A stretch of 64,000 nucleotides of DNA, from NCBI GenBank assembly GCA_963831165.1, contig CAWHPC010000029.1, positions 261,183 to 325,182 of the forward strand, in the 5' to 3' direction. Positions 28,307-37,981 of the stretch are shown in pieces. Under the pieces are notes generated by a model. The model worked only from the letters and a program-made list of their open reading frames with translations, was not told the DNA's origin and searched no databases. Both the position numbers and the translations under genes were made by a program. How positions within the stretch are numbered: position 1 is the stretch's first letter; every line of letters starts with the position of its first letter. The stretch is from an uncultured Alphaproteobacteria bacterium. Lineage in GTDB: Bacteria; Pseudomonadota; Alphaproteobacteria; Rhizobiales; Xanthobacteraceae.

Positions 28307-28422
28307 TGTAGGGTGGGTAGAGCGAAGCGAAACCCACCGCTCAGCATGGTGGGTTACGCCGCGGAGCTTGTCATCGGGCCGGCCACTTCGGGCCGGACCC
28401 GTTGGCGGCTAACCCACCCTAC
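28307..28422. repeat. composite REP elements
   Basis: TGTAGGGTGGGTAGAGCGAAGCGAAACCCACC followed by ATGGTGGGTTACGCC...GGCTAACCCACCCTACA, a long hairpin with GGTGGGTTA / TAACCCACC arms. Confidence 0.75.
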
Positions 28423-28512
28423 ATTTTAACAAAGCTCGGGCGCATCCGCGTCGCGAGACCGGCTTGCTTTTCCCGTCCTACTCGGCGGGGCAGAATGAAT
28501 CTGGAGAAGGCC

Positions 28513-28990
28513 ATGACGAAAATCTATCTCGCCGGCCCGTTGTTCACCCTGGCCGAGCAAGACTTCAATGTTGAACTCGCGCGATTTCTCGAAAGCGAGG
28601 GCTTTGAGGTCTGGCTGCCGCAGGAGCACGAGCCGCGCAGCAACACCGCCAAGTCGATCTTCGAGATGGACGTCGCGGCGCTCGATTGGGCCGACATGGT
28701 CGTGGCCTGCATGGACGGCCCCGATCCCGACAGCGGCACCGCCTGGGAGTGCGGCTACGCCTACGCCAAAGGCAAGCCGATTGTCTGCTTCCGGACCGAT
28801 TTCCGCATTTCCGGCGACACCAAAGGTGCGCCGTATAATCTGATGCTGACCGAAAGCGCGACGGCGCGGTTCGAAGCTCCGTTTCGGACGAAAACTCCAC
28901 AATTCCATCAGCGCTTGCTGGCGCAGATCAGGAAGGCTTTGCGGCCGCGGCGGGCCAAGCGCGCCACCGAAGCGAGCGGCGCCGGTGCCT
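28513..28990 (+). CDS. nucleoside 2-deoxyribosyltransferase-like protein (3' end unresolved)
   Basis: MTKIYLAGPLFTLAEQDFNVELARFLESEGFEVWLPQE...DSGTAWECGYAYAKGKPIV, with GGAGAAGG SD before the ATG at 28513. As sequenced, the frame has no stop until 29502 and runs antisense through the DUF1993 gene. Confidence 0.65.
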
Positions 28991-29514
28991 CAGCCCACCT
29001 TCACCGGAATCGCGCCCATAAAGTCACGTTTGCCGATGTCGACGCCGCAATGCCGCAGAATCGCGTAAGCGGCGGTGAGATGGAAATAGAAGTTCGGCAG
29101 CACGAAGTGATTGAGGTAGTCGCTGCCCTTCATGCGGCCGGTCACGCCGCCGCCGATCGGAAACGCGATTTCGCGGTCGGCCGATGCCTCGATCTGCTTT
29201 GCGTCGAGGGTTTTCAGATACGCGATGGTCTTGGCGAGGCGCGCTTTAAGCTGATCGATGGTCGTCTCGCTGTCTTCGTAGCTTGGCGCTTCGGCGCCGG
29301 CGAGTCGGGCGGAGCCGCGGCGCGCCTGGTCGGTGACAACCTGCACCTGCCGGGTGAGGTCGAACATGTCAGGCGCGAGGCGCGTGTGCAGAAGGACGGC
29401 CGGATCGATCTTCTTGGCGGCTGCGAACGCGGTCGCTTTGTCGAGCACCGCCGACAGCGCATTGAGCCCGATTTCGAATACTGGAATGGCGGCCTGAGAT
29501 AGCGATGACGGCAC
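28990..29514 (-). CDS. DUF1993 domain-containing protein
   Basis: 174 aa. IPVFEIGLNALSAVLDKA...RLAPDMFDLTRQVQ...NFYFHLTAAYAILRHCGVDIGKRDF. Confidence 0.85.
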   Translation of the reverse strand: MPSSLSQAAIPVFEIGLNALSAVLDKATAFAAAKKIDPAVLLHTRLAPDMFDLTRQVQVVTDQARRGSARLAGAEAPSYEDSETTIDQLKARLAKTIAYLKTLDAKQIEASADREIAFPIGGGVTGRMKGSDYLNHFVLPNFYFHLTAAYAILRHCGVDIGKRDFMGAIPVKVG

Positions 29515-29562
29515 GGAAATCCTCCCTGGATGTTACGAAGTTTGCGGTCCGAAATGGTTTTA

Positions 29563-30057
29563 TCAGGAACGCTGGCCACCGGCCTGACTTTGCTGATAAC
29601 GCAGCCGGTAATCTTCGACGTCGACGATCATCTTGCCGATCGGCCACAGCGCAAGTCCAGCGAGTTTCAGGTTAGCCCATGCGAATGGGATGCCGATAAT
29701 GGTCACAGCGAAGAAAATCGCGAGGATCAGGTGGCCGAGCGCCAGCCACCAGCCGGCGAGGACGAGCCACACGATATTGCCGAGGAAGCCGAGCGGCCCG
29801 GTGCCGATGTCGGTGGCGCCAAGATACTCGGCGCGCGATACCGCTCTGCGCCCGAAGGGCAGCAGCGTATAGGACGCGATGTTGAACGCCGCGCGCGCCC
29901 AGGGAATGCCGATGATGGAGATCGCCATGATGGCGGCAGCGAACAGCCAGCCGAACGCCATGCACAGGCCGCCGAGGACGATCCACAGGATGTTAAGCAG
30001 CAGAGCCAAGGGCGACATGGGAGACTTTCGATAGAGACCTTCGACCGCTTTAGACAT
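29563..30057 (-). CDS. yccF: YccF (DUF307) inner-membrane protein
   Basis: LLNILWIVLGG...IIGIPWA and NIVWLVLAGWWLALGH...IIGIPFAWANLKLAGLALWPIG duplicated motifs. The start could instead be at 30018. Confidence 0.8.
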   Translation of the reverse strand: MSKAVEGLYRKSPMSPLALLLNILWIVLGGLCMAFGWLFAAAIMAISIIGIPWARAAFNIASYTLLPFGRRAVSRAEYLGATDIGTGPLGFLGNIVWLVLAGWWLALGHLILAIFFAVTIIGIPFAWANLKLAGLALWPIGKMIVDVEDYRLRYQQSQAGGQRS

Positions 30058-30210
30058 TTGCCGGCGTGGCGGCAGAGCGTGTGCTGATCTAGGTATCCCG
30101 CGTCGTTTCCGCCAGCCCGGGCGTGAACGGCGGCTGTAGCGTATTGCCTAGCTACCGCGGCGGAGAGCGGCGATACTGGGGTGATCTGGAGAAGCCTCTG
30201 AGGCCGTCCG

Positions 30211-30531
30211 ATGCGGAGGGAAACAAAAATCGCTGCGGTGGCGCTGGCGTGTACCGTCGGCATTGCCCAACTTCCGTCGCCCGGCAGGGCGCAATCGGCC
30301 GCCGATCAAATCCAGTCGACGCAAGAGGAATGGATCCGTTGCCTCAAGGACGCATATCCGTTTTATGCAAGAAAAACTCCTAGTCAAAATTACGCCGCGG
30401 ACATGACCTTTCAGGCCTGTTCCGTCGACGAGGAAAAGCTTTGGACCTTTCTCTCGGAGACCGGCGTTTCACGGAGCGCCTTTGAGAAGATCAGGGCGGC
30501 CGCGAAGAAGTCGTTCGTGAGTGCGAAGTGA
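30211..30531 (+). CDS. hypothetical secreted protein
   Basis: 106 aa with a signal peptide (KIAAVALACTVGIAQLPSPGRAQS). No family recognised. Confidence 0.45.
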   Translation: MRRETKIAAVALACTVGIAQLPSPGRAQSAADQIQSTQEEWIRCLKDAYPFYARKTPSQNYAADMTFQACSVDEEKLWTFLSETGVSRSAFEKIRAAAKKSFVSAK

Positions 30532-30543
30532 GCGGCGGCTTCG

Positions 30544-31464
30544 TCACGGCACCTGAAAGATCAGTTTGCCGCGGAAGTGGCGCCCTTCACTGAGCCGATG
30601 GGCCTCGATGGCTTGCGACAGACGAAAGAGCTTGACCTCAGGAGGACGCACGTCGCCGGCCGTCACTAATTGCGCGATCTGCTCGAGCGGCTCGCGACCG
30701 CGGGCCACGCTGGGCCGGAGCGACGTGACGTCGCTGCGTTGCGGCTGCGGCGCCTTCCAGCCCGACGCGATGAAGGCGGCGCGGCCGCCCGGCCTGAGCA
30801 CTTCGAATGATTTGATCGCCACCTCGCCGCCGACGGTGTCGAACACGGCGTCACAATTGCTGACCACGCGCGTAAAGTCGGTGGCGTTGTAGTCGATGAC
30901 TTCGTCGGCGCCGAGGCCGCGCACATAAGCAAGGTTCGCCGCGCTGGTGGTGGTAATCACGCGAGCGCCGATATGCTTGGCGAGCTGAATTGCGAAGCTC
31001 GCGACGCCGCCGGCGCCGCCTTGAATGAGGATCGTTTCGCCGCGCTGGAGCTTCAGCGTGTCTTCGAGGCTCCTGATCGCGGTCAGGCCGGCGAGCGCCA
31101 GCGCCGCTGCATCGATGTGTGACAGCGTGTCGGGTTTCTTTGCGACAATTGCCGACTTGATCGAGACCTTTTCGGCGTACGCACCCTCCTTGCCGACGTC
31201 GAAGACGCCAAACACCGCATCGCCGATCTTCAGGTCGTCGACGCCCGGGCCCGTCGCAGCAACCGTGCCGGAAAAATCCCGGCCGAGAATAAGGGGAAAA
31301 GTGGCCTGCGAATATTCGCCGGCGCGCACCTTCCAGTCGGCCGCGTTGACGCTCGCCGCGACCACATCGACGACCACTTCGCCTGCCTCGGCAACCGGAT
31401 CGGGCATGTCGCCGTATTGCAGGACTTCGGGGCCGCCAAATTTTTCGATGAAGACTGCTTTCAC
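30544..31464 (-). CDS. NADPH:quinone oxidoreductase-like MDR (zinc-type ADH superfamily)
   Basis: 306 aa. MKAVFIEKFGGPEVL..., VNAADWKVRAG, and the ILIQGGAGGVASFAIQLAK Rossmann motif. Confidence 0.85.
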   Translation of the reverse strand: MKAVFIEKFGGPEVLQYGDMPDPVAEAGEVVVDVVAASVNAADWKVRAGEYSQATFPLILGRDFSGTVAATGPGVDDLKIGDAVFGVFDVGKEGAYAEKVSIKSAIVAKKPDTLSHIDAAALALAGLTAIRSLEDTLKLQRGETILIQGGAGGVASFAIQLAKHIGARVITTTSAANLAYVRGLGADEVIDYNATDFTRVVSNCDAVFDTVGGEVAIKSFEVLRPGGRAAFIASGWKAPQPQRSDVTSLRPSVARGREPLEQIAQLVTAGDVRPPEVKLFRLSQAIEAHRLSEGRHFRGKLIFQVP

Positions 31465-31599
31465 TGGACTAACCTTGTGATCGTGGGTTGATTGGCAGAA
31501 GGAAACGCGGCGGCGCCACGGCGCGAAACCATAGTCTCAGATTTCGCGGCGCTCAATCCGGGATACACTCGTACAATCGTAAGCGCAGGAGGGATTGCA

Positions 31600-32589
31600 A
31601 TGGCGCATGGGCTCTATGTCGACGGCGTGTGGAAGAGCGAATGGTACGACACCTCAACCACCGGCGGCCGCTTCGTGCCGACCGAGCCTGTCTTCCGTAG
31701 TTGGGTGACGCCGAACGGCAGCGCCGGGCCCTCCGGGGAGGGCGGTTTTCCCGCCGAGCGCGGCCGCTATCACCTCTACGTCTCGCTGGCCTGCCCCTAC
31801 GCCCACCGCACCGTGATTTTCCGCAAGCTTAAGGAACTCGAGAGCGTGATCTCGATGTCGGTGCTCGATCCGGTTATGGGCGAGCAGGGCTGGCAATTCG
31901 GCGACGGCGCGTTGGCTGACAATGTCAACGGCAAGCACCGATTGGGCGAGATCTATCTGCTCGCCGATCCGCGCTACACCGGCCGGGTTTCAGTACCGGT
32001 GCTGTGGGACAAAGAACGCCGCACCATCGTCAACAACGAATTGCCCGAGATCATCCGCATGCTCAATTCGGCGTTCGCGGCTCTGACTAACGACCGCGCC
32101 GATTATTATCCGCAGGAACTACGCGCCGAGATCGATCGGATCAATGCGCGAGTCTATAACGACGTGAATATTGGCGTATATCGCGCCGGTTTCGCGACCA
32201 AGCAGGCGGCGTACGAAGATGGTTGCCGGATCGTATTTGCCGCGCTCGACTGGATCGAGGGCCTGCTTTCCCGCCAACGCTATCTGGTCGGACCGCGGCT
32301 GACCGAAGCCGATTGGCGGCTGTTCACTACGCTCGTTCGCTTCGATGCGGTCTATTACAGCCACTTCAAATGCAATGTGCGCCGGATTATCGACTATCCG
32401 AATCTTTCCAATTACCTGCGCGACCTCTATCAAACACCAGGCATCGCCGACACCGTGAATTTGGATCACATCAAGCGGCACTATTACATGAGCATGACCG
32501 CGATCAATCCGACGCGCATCGTACCGCTGGGACCGGCACTCGACTTTGCGGCGCCGCACGACCGCGGGAGATTCGAACGGCAGGCGTAG
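31600..32589 (+). CDS. Xi-class glutathione transferase (glutathionyl-hydroquinone reductase, YqjG/ECM4-like)
   Basis: ATG at 31600 after AGGAGGG. GRYHLYVSLACPYAHRT active-site motif (CP[WY]AHR). Confidence 0.85.
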   Translation: MAHGLYVDGVWKSEWYDTSTTGGRFVPTEPVFRSWVTPNGSAGPSGEGGFPAERGRYHLYVSLACPYAHRTVIFRKLKELESVISMSVLDPVMGEQGWQFGDGALADNVNGKHRLGEIYLLADPRYTGRVSVPVLWDKERRTIVNNELPEIIRMLNSAFAALTNDRADYYPQELRAEIDRINARVYNDVNIGVYRAGFATKQAAYEDGCRIVFAALDWIEGLLSRQRYLVGPRLTEADWRLFTTLVRFDAVYYSHFKCNVRRIIDYPNLSNYLRDLYQTPGIADTVNLDHIKRHYYMSMTAINPTRIVPLGPALDFAAPHDRGRFERQA

Positions 32590-32758
32590 GCCTTGACGGA
32601 ATGCTATGTGACAGTTTTGTGAGGCGCCGAAAACGGGGTTGCGCGCCAGCTTGCTTGACGAGTGACAAAAATATTTCGGATATGTTGCACAAGGATGGCG
32701 TGAACGCCGGTCTGAATCGGCGCAACGATGTCATTTCGTCAGAAAGAGCAGAATCGAT

Positions 32759-33004
32759 ATGTCTCAATTCGTCAATGCACTATCAGCCGGTATTGTTGGT
32801 GTGACGCTCGTCGTCGTCGGTGCGTCTGTTTCAACGCCCGCCGCGGCAGCTCCGATGTCCGACGCCGACAAGGCCGCAATGAAAAAAGCCAACGATACGT
32901 GTAAAGCGCAGGTCAAGGAGGAAGCCCATTTCCACGAGATGTCGTGGTGGGCGAGGCACAAGGCGGTCAAGAAATGTGTCAAGGACATGCTCGCCGGCCA
33001 TTGA
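32759..33004 (+). CDS. small secreted hypothetical protein
   Basis: 81 aa with a signal peptide and a Lys-rich mature part containing two Cys. Confidence 0.45.
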   Translation: MSQFVNALSAGIVGVTLVVVGASVSTPAAAAPMSDADKAAMKKANDTCKAQVKEEAHFHEMSWWARHKAVKKCVKDMLAGH

Positions 33005-33058
33005 GCCGTCGCGGCAGCGACGTCTGCTCACGACACTAAACGCTGCCCCCATGCCGAA

Positions 33059-33819
33059 TTAAATCCCGACGATCGCCTGGCCGCAATTGGGGCTAATGTT
33101 CTGACCCGTCACCGCGTCGGCCTCGCGGCTTGCGAGCCACGCAATGGCGTAGGAAATCTCCTCCGGCAGCACTTGGCGTTTCAGTGCCATTCCCTCCACG
33201 ATCTCCTTGAATATTTCGGGCGTCGCGTCGGCGCGCGTCATCGGCGTGTCGGTAAAACCAGGCGACACCGTGTTGACCGTGATCTTGAAGGGTGCGAACT
33301 CGCGCGCCCATGCGCGCGCCAAAGCGGTGAGCGCGCCTTTGGCGCCGGTGTAGTGGCTCATGGCCGGCGAGCCGGTCATGGCGAATGTCGATCCGGTGTT
33401 GATGATTCGCCGAACTGGCGCTGCTTCATCCCCGGCACAACCGCTTGCACGGCGAAGAATGCGCCCTTCACATGGGTGTCAAACAGGCTGTCGAAGAACG
33501 CCTCGTCGATCTGTTCGATCGGCGCCATCATGCCGGTGATGCCGGCGTTGTTGACCAGAACATCGATCTTGCCGAACTCTGCTTCGGCTGCTGCGACTGC
33601 GCTCTTCACTTCGGCGACAACGCGGTTGTCTGCTTTGAGGCAAAGCGGGGCGACGCCGTCGCGCTTTAACTCGGATTTCGCTTGGTCGAGGTTGTCCTGT
33701 TTGAAATCGGTAATGGCCACCTTGGCGCCGCGCGTGCCCAACACCCGCGCGTGCGACAGACCTAATCCGGTCGTGCCTCCGGTAATAAGAACTGCGTATC
33801 CGGCGAGGCTATTCGTCAT
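33059..33819 (-). pseudogene. SDR-family oxidoreductase, interrupted by a 1-nt frameshift
   Basis: ORF 33376..33849 (TGGTTGLG, NNAG) and ORF 33059..33379 (YTGAKGAL catalytic YxxxK) join as ...MKQRQFG/RIINTGSTFAMTGSP... if one C is restored near 33409-33411. Confidence 0.85.
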
Positions 33820-33958
33820 GCGTCCCTCCCCAAACGTTTGTGGACGCAATGACTACTAGTTCGACGCTAGGCCGCCAAGCGGGGCGGCGCGTTTCTTTAC
33901 GGAAATCAAGGGAGAGATAGATTGGCGATGCGTGTACCGCCTGCGGCCACCGCGCCGT

Positions 33959-34195
33959 TCAGCTCACGCTTTCCGAAAGCAGCAACGCGTCATCGAATGG
34001 GTCGATGATTCCGGCAAGCTCGGCCTGGCATTCGGTGCATTGCAGCCGGTAGCTTTCGAAGCCGCATTCGTCGATGTGGGGCATCGTACTGCGCAAGAAC
34101 GGCAGCGCCGCGCTGCAGCTCGGACACGCAACGGCCGGCGCGCTGGAAATAGCGAGTCTGTGTTCCTCACGCGGGGCGAGAAGCTGGGAGCTCAT
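33959..34195 (-). CDS. small Cys-rich (zinc-ribbon-like) hypothetical protein
   Basis: 78 aa with CPSC ... C ... CTEC spacing. Confidence 0.4.
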   Translation of the reverse strand: MSSQLLAPREEHRLAISSAPAVACPSCSAALPFLRSTMPHIDECGFESYRLQCTECQAELAGIIDPFDDALLLSESVS

Positions 34196-34397
34196 CGAAT
34201 ACTCTTGATGCGCCGGACATCGGCGGCTGCAATTCTTTATACGCTACGCCTGGAAAGAGCGGCTGAAAGCGAAGGCGCGGTTTTTATCGCGCTCGTTTAG
34301 GCGCCGGTAACCGTGACAACTGCGGGCCTCCGCGGCCACGATTGCGCAGAGCGGCTCCATCCACTCAAGAGAAGATCGGACAGAAGCCGGGGAAGGC

Positions 34398-35213
34398 CTA
34401 GCGGGGAACTACCGGAGCCGATTCAATAAAAGGCGAAATGGTTCCCAGTCGTTCCGACGGCCGCTGCGGCGACGCGGCTTCGAGGCTCTGCTGAGCGGCG
34501 GGACGCGGCGCCCGCTCGAACAGCATCCGCCGCTCGAAGAACGTGGAGCGGAAGAATGGATATCGGCGCTGCACATCGTCCGCAACGTTGCGGTAGTGGA
34601 TCGTCATCAGGCAGATCGGCTTGTCCAATTGCGGATACGCCCGCGGTTCACAGATCAGCTGGTGCCGGAAGGTTCGCTGGTAAAATGCTTGATGTTCGGC
34701 CCGTACTGCGGCGAGAGAATAATCGGTATTGAAATATCTGCCGGTCAGCCAGCTCACGCGTAGCGTCGCGTATGCGAGGCCGCGGTAACGCCGCGATAGC
34801 TTCTCGTCGGCGACAAAACGTGTAGTATCGATAATAGTTTTGCCGGCGTCGAGATAAGGCTGGAGGACGTCGGCGAATGCGTGCAGTGACGGAAAGTCCG
34901 GGTGCTCGGGGCTCGCGACATGCATGCGAATCGAGCTCGCCAGCTCGCCGTCAATATACAGGCCAAATAAATAGGCATTCTCGCTGTTATCATACGGATC
35001 AGCGAACCTGCGGGTCGAGTTAGGCGAAATGGCTCCTTCGCGACGATAGGCTTGATAGCGAAGTCGCGCTATCGCCTCGCGGTCCTGGTCGGTGTCTGCC
35101 CGCCGGCAATCGATTCTGTCGAGAAGACGTGAAACGCTGTCTGAGAAGCTATTCGCAGAATGGGCGCGATCCGATGTCGAACGTGACTGACGCGACGACG
35201 AAACCGCAACCAT
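34398..35213 (-). CDS. FeeM-like N-acyl amino acid synthase / autoinducer-synthase-fold acyltransferase
   Basis: Start MVAVSS at 35213. REAIARLRYQAYRREGAI, AYLFGLYIDGELASSIRMH and TTRFVAD motifs match the FeeM/LuxI-like GNAT fold family. Confidence 0.6.
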   Translation of the reverse strand: MVAVSSSRQSRSTSDRAHSANSFSDSVSRLLDRIDCRRADTDQDREAIARLRYQAYRREGAISPNSTRRFADPYDNSENAYLFGLYIDGELASSIRMHVASPEHPDFPSLHAFADVLQPYLDAGKTIIDTTRFVADEKLSRRYRGLAYATLRVSWLTGRYFNTDYSLAAVRAEHQAFYQRTFRHQLICEPRAYPQLDKPICLMTIHYRNVADDVQRRYPFFRSTFFERRMLFERAPRPAAQQSLEAASPQRPSERLGTISPFIESAPVVPR

Positions 35214-35366
35214 GCTAATCCTCACATGGCGCTGCCGGCAGCGACGCCAATAAAACAAAAGTTAACATCCCCTTAAATAAATTACAATTTCAGCGGGTCA
35301 ATAGAGTTAACCTGCGCCCGCCTGCGCTATCGATGACAAGAATATGACGATGCAGCGGTTTTTGGC

Positions 35367-37703
35367 CTACGCGGCGTCGCTGCGGAGGCCCGCAGGCCAT
35401 GCCGTCGACGGGGCGGGTGCAACGTAGGAGGCGTAAAGGAGCCTGCGCAAATCGGCCGCCGGCATAGGCCTGGCCAGCAGGTATCCCTGCACCTCATCGA
35501 TGCTGTCTTCCGCCGCCAGCAGTTCCAGCTGTTCGGGCGTTTCCACGCCTTCGACCACTACGCGCAACCCGAGCTGCGCGCTGAGCCGCGTCATACCCCG
35601 CAGCAGTGTCACTCTGCGTTCGTCGTCGCCGAGCCCCTGCAGAAACGACTGGTCGATTTTGACCTTGTGAAACGGGAAACTGTGCAGATAGCTGAGACTC
35701 GAATAAGCCGTGCCGAAATCGTCGAGCGAGATTTTGACGCCGAGCTCGGCAAGTTGATCCAGATCGGCACGCGTCCTGTTCGTATTCTGCAGCAAAGTCG
35801 ATTCCGTGATCTCAAGTTCGAGCCGGCCGGCCGGCAAATTGGTGGCAGCGAGCGTCTCGCGAACTAACGCCGGGACGTTGGAACGATCGAACTGAATCGG
35901 AGAGAGGTTCACTGCCACAGCAGTGTCGCCCGGCCAGCGGCGGCACTCCAGACAGGCCTTATACAAGACCTGGTTGCCGATCTCGACGATGAGTTCCATT
36001 TCCTCGGCGACAGGAATGAACTCCGCGGGAGAGATCATGCCGCGTTCGCGGTGCGGCCATCGCAGCAGTGCCTCGCAAGCTTCGATGCGTCTCGTTTTTA
36101 AGTTGAATATCGGCTGATAGTAGAGTTCGAATTCCTCATTCTCGGTGGCTTTGCGCAGATCAAATTCGAGCACTCTGCGCGCCTGGGCGCTCGCTTCCAT
36201 CTTTGCTTCAAACCAGCGCCAAATGCCGCGCCCCTCAGATTTCGCCTGATAGAGAGCGATGTCTGCGTTGCGCAGGAATTGTTCCGGATCTAGCGGACTC
36301 TTGGCAACCGCGATGCCGATGCTGGCGGTCACCACAACCTTATGGCCATCCAGCTCATAGGTGCCGCGAAGGACTTCGAGCACGCGATCGGCCAGGGCTT
36401 CACATTGCTCGAGCGTCTTAATCGGCGCTTGGAGGATGACGAACTCATCGCCGCCGAAGCGCGCAATGACATCAGCATCGCGAATGTTCTCGCGCAGCCG
36501 GCCCGCAACCGCTTCCAAAAGCAGGTCGCCGCGGGTATGCCCCAAGGTGTCATTGACCTGCTTGAATTGATCGAGATCGATGAAGTGAATGGCGCACATG
36601 TTGTCGGACGCCCATTCGCCGAGCGCCCGCTCCATACGGTCGCGCAATACGTTGCGATTCGGCAGACCGGTGAGAGGATCAAACCGCGCCAAGTGATTGA
36701 TCTTGGCTTCGGCGATCCTTCGCGCCGTGATATCCTCCACCAGAACCACCATGCCGCCGTTTTCCATCGGCTGCACCGTAAACTCGAGCGTGCGGCTCTC
36801 CACCAAATCGGCGACAAACGGAACTTGGCTGCTTGAAAGCTGTGCGTGCAGGTGGTCAATCAGACGGTTGGCCTCGCACTCCCCGAGCGAACGTGCTTCG
36901 ACGATCCGGTCTACCAGTTCGCGGATAGTCAGTCCCTTCAATTCAAATCCCGGCTCCAAGCCCAAAAGTTCATTGAGCTTCTGATTAGCCACGACGACGA
37001 GGCGCTGAGTATCGAACATGCACAATCCGTGCGGCATGTTGTTCAGCGCGGTGTCGAAGCGGTTTGCCAGGAGCGACATGTCGCGGGATGTCACTACCGC
37101 ATCGAGCAGCGTACGGCGCAGTCTTTCGGCGATCAGCTTTAGGGTGAGGAAGAACGGAATCAGCAGTGCGGCGAAGAGCCAGTGATACAGATTTCCGAAA
37201 AGAATAAGCGCCGCCGTCATCGGCACCCATGCGCATAAGATTTGCACAATGACGAAGCGCGAGTTCCCGAAGTTGCGTCCAAAGATCCCCATCGCATATG
37301 CGATCGTCATCGAAAAGCTGACCAGATGGGCAAAAGCATCGTCGGTGGAGGCGAATGCGATGTAGCACCAGAGACCGAGCAGCGCCATAGATGCGGATGC
37401 GCCCGCCACGTAGCGGTTTTCCCAGCGCCGGCCGATTTCGATCGTGGTGACGGTAGCGCGCGCCCGCACGTAAGCGCGCATGACCAAGCCGCGTACAGAG
37501 CCGACGGCGACGACAGCGAACGCGCAATAGAGAAGGAGAATTTGACCGGTCTTCCAGTAGGTGAGCAAAACGGAAACCGTGACAAAGACACTCCCGGTCA
37601 AAAGACTGCGGGCGTCTTCAAATAACGAGTTGACCAGCGGAATGTAGATTTCCGGCGGCAGCGCTTCGTGAGCGGACTTGCGAGACGGGGGCTCGGAACT
37701 CAT
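35367..37703 (-). CDS. membrane-anchored PAS-GGDEF-EAL protein (diguanylate cyclase/phosphodiesterase)
   Basis: About 778 aa. Five to six N-terminal TM helices, a PAS-like segment, the RFGGDEFVIL GGDEF motif and the EALLRWPH ... DDFGTAYSSL EAL domain. Confidence 0.9.
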   Translation of the reverse strand: MSSEPPSRKSAHEALPPEIYIPLVNSLFEDARSLLTGSVFVTVSVLLTYWKTGQILLLYCAFAVVAVGSVRGLVMRAYVRARATVTTIEIGRRWENRYVAGASASMALLGLWCYIAFASTDDAFAHLVSFSMTIAYAMGIFGRNFGNSRFVIVQILCAWVPMTAALILFGNLYHWLFAALLIPFFLTLKLIAERLRRTLLDAVVTSRDMSLLANRFDTALNNMPHGLCMFDTQRLVVVANQKLNELLGLEPGFELKGLTIRELVDRIVEARSLGECEANRLIDHLHAQLSSSQVPFVADLVESRTLEFTVQPMENGGMVVLVEDITARRIAEAKINHLARFDPLTGLPNRNVLRDRMERALGEWASDNMCAIHFIDLDQFKQVNDTLGHTRGDLLLEAVAGRLRENIRDADVIARFGGDEFVILQAPIKTLEQCEALADRVLEVLRGTYELDGHKVVVTASIGIAVAKSPLDPEQFLRNADIALYQAKSEGRGIWRWFEAKMEASAQARRVLEFDLRKATENEEFELYYQPIFNLKTRRIEACEALLRWPHRERGMISPAEFIPVAEEMELIVEIGNQVLYKACLECRRWPGDTAVAVNLSPIQFDRSNVPALVRETLAATNLPAGRLELEITESTLLQNTNRTRADLDQLAELGVKISLDDFGTAYSSLSYLHSFPFHKVKIDQSFLQGLGDDERRVTLLRGMTRLSAQLGLRVVVEGVETPEQLELLAAEDSIDEVQGYLLARPMPAADLRRLLYASYVAPAPSTAWPAGLRSDAA

Positions 37704-37981
37704 ACTTCTTTGATACCGTAGACAATCCACACAACTTTAAATCGTGCTAATAAGTATCGCTTAAAGGTATCTCCGCCGGGTAAATTTAGATGGCGATATT
37801 TGCGCCGAGCGCCGAAATGTGGCGCCCGCCGGGCTGACTAAAATTTTTTGGGTACGGTTAGGATAAAATTATCTATACGGCTTTGGGGAAATGCTTGAAA
37901 AATGGCCGCTGTCGCTCGGCGTCGGCCGAAAGCCCGATTGCGGCCGGCTCCCGCCAAGTGCGGCAAGCTTTGTAAGCGCAT

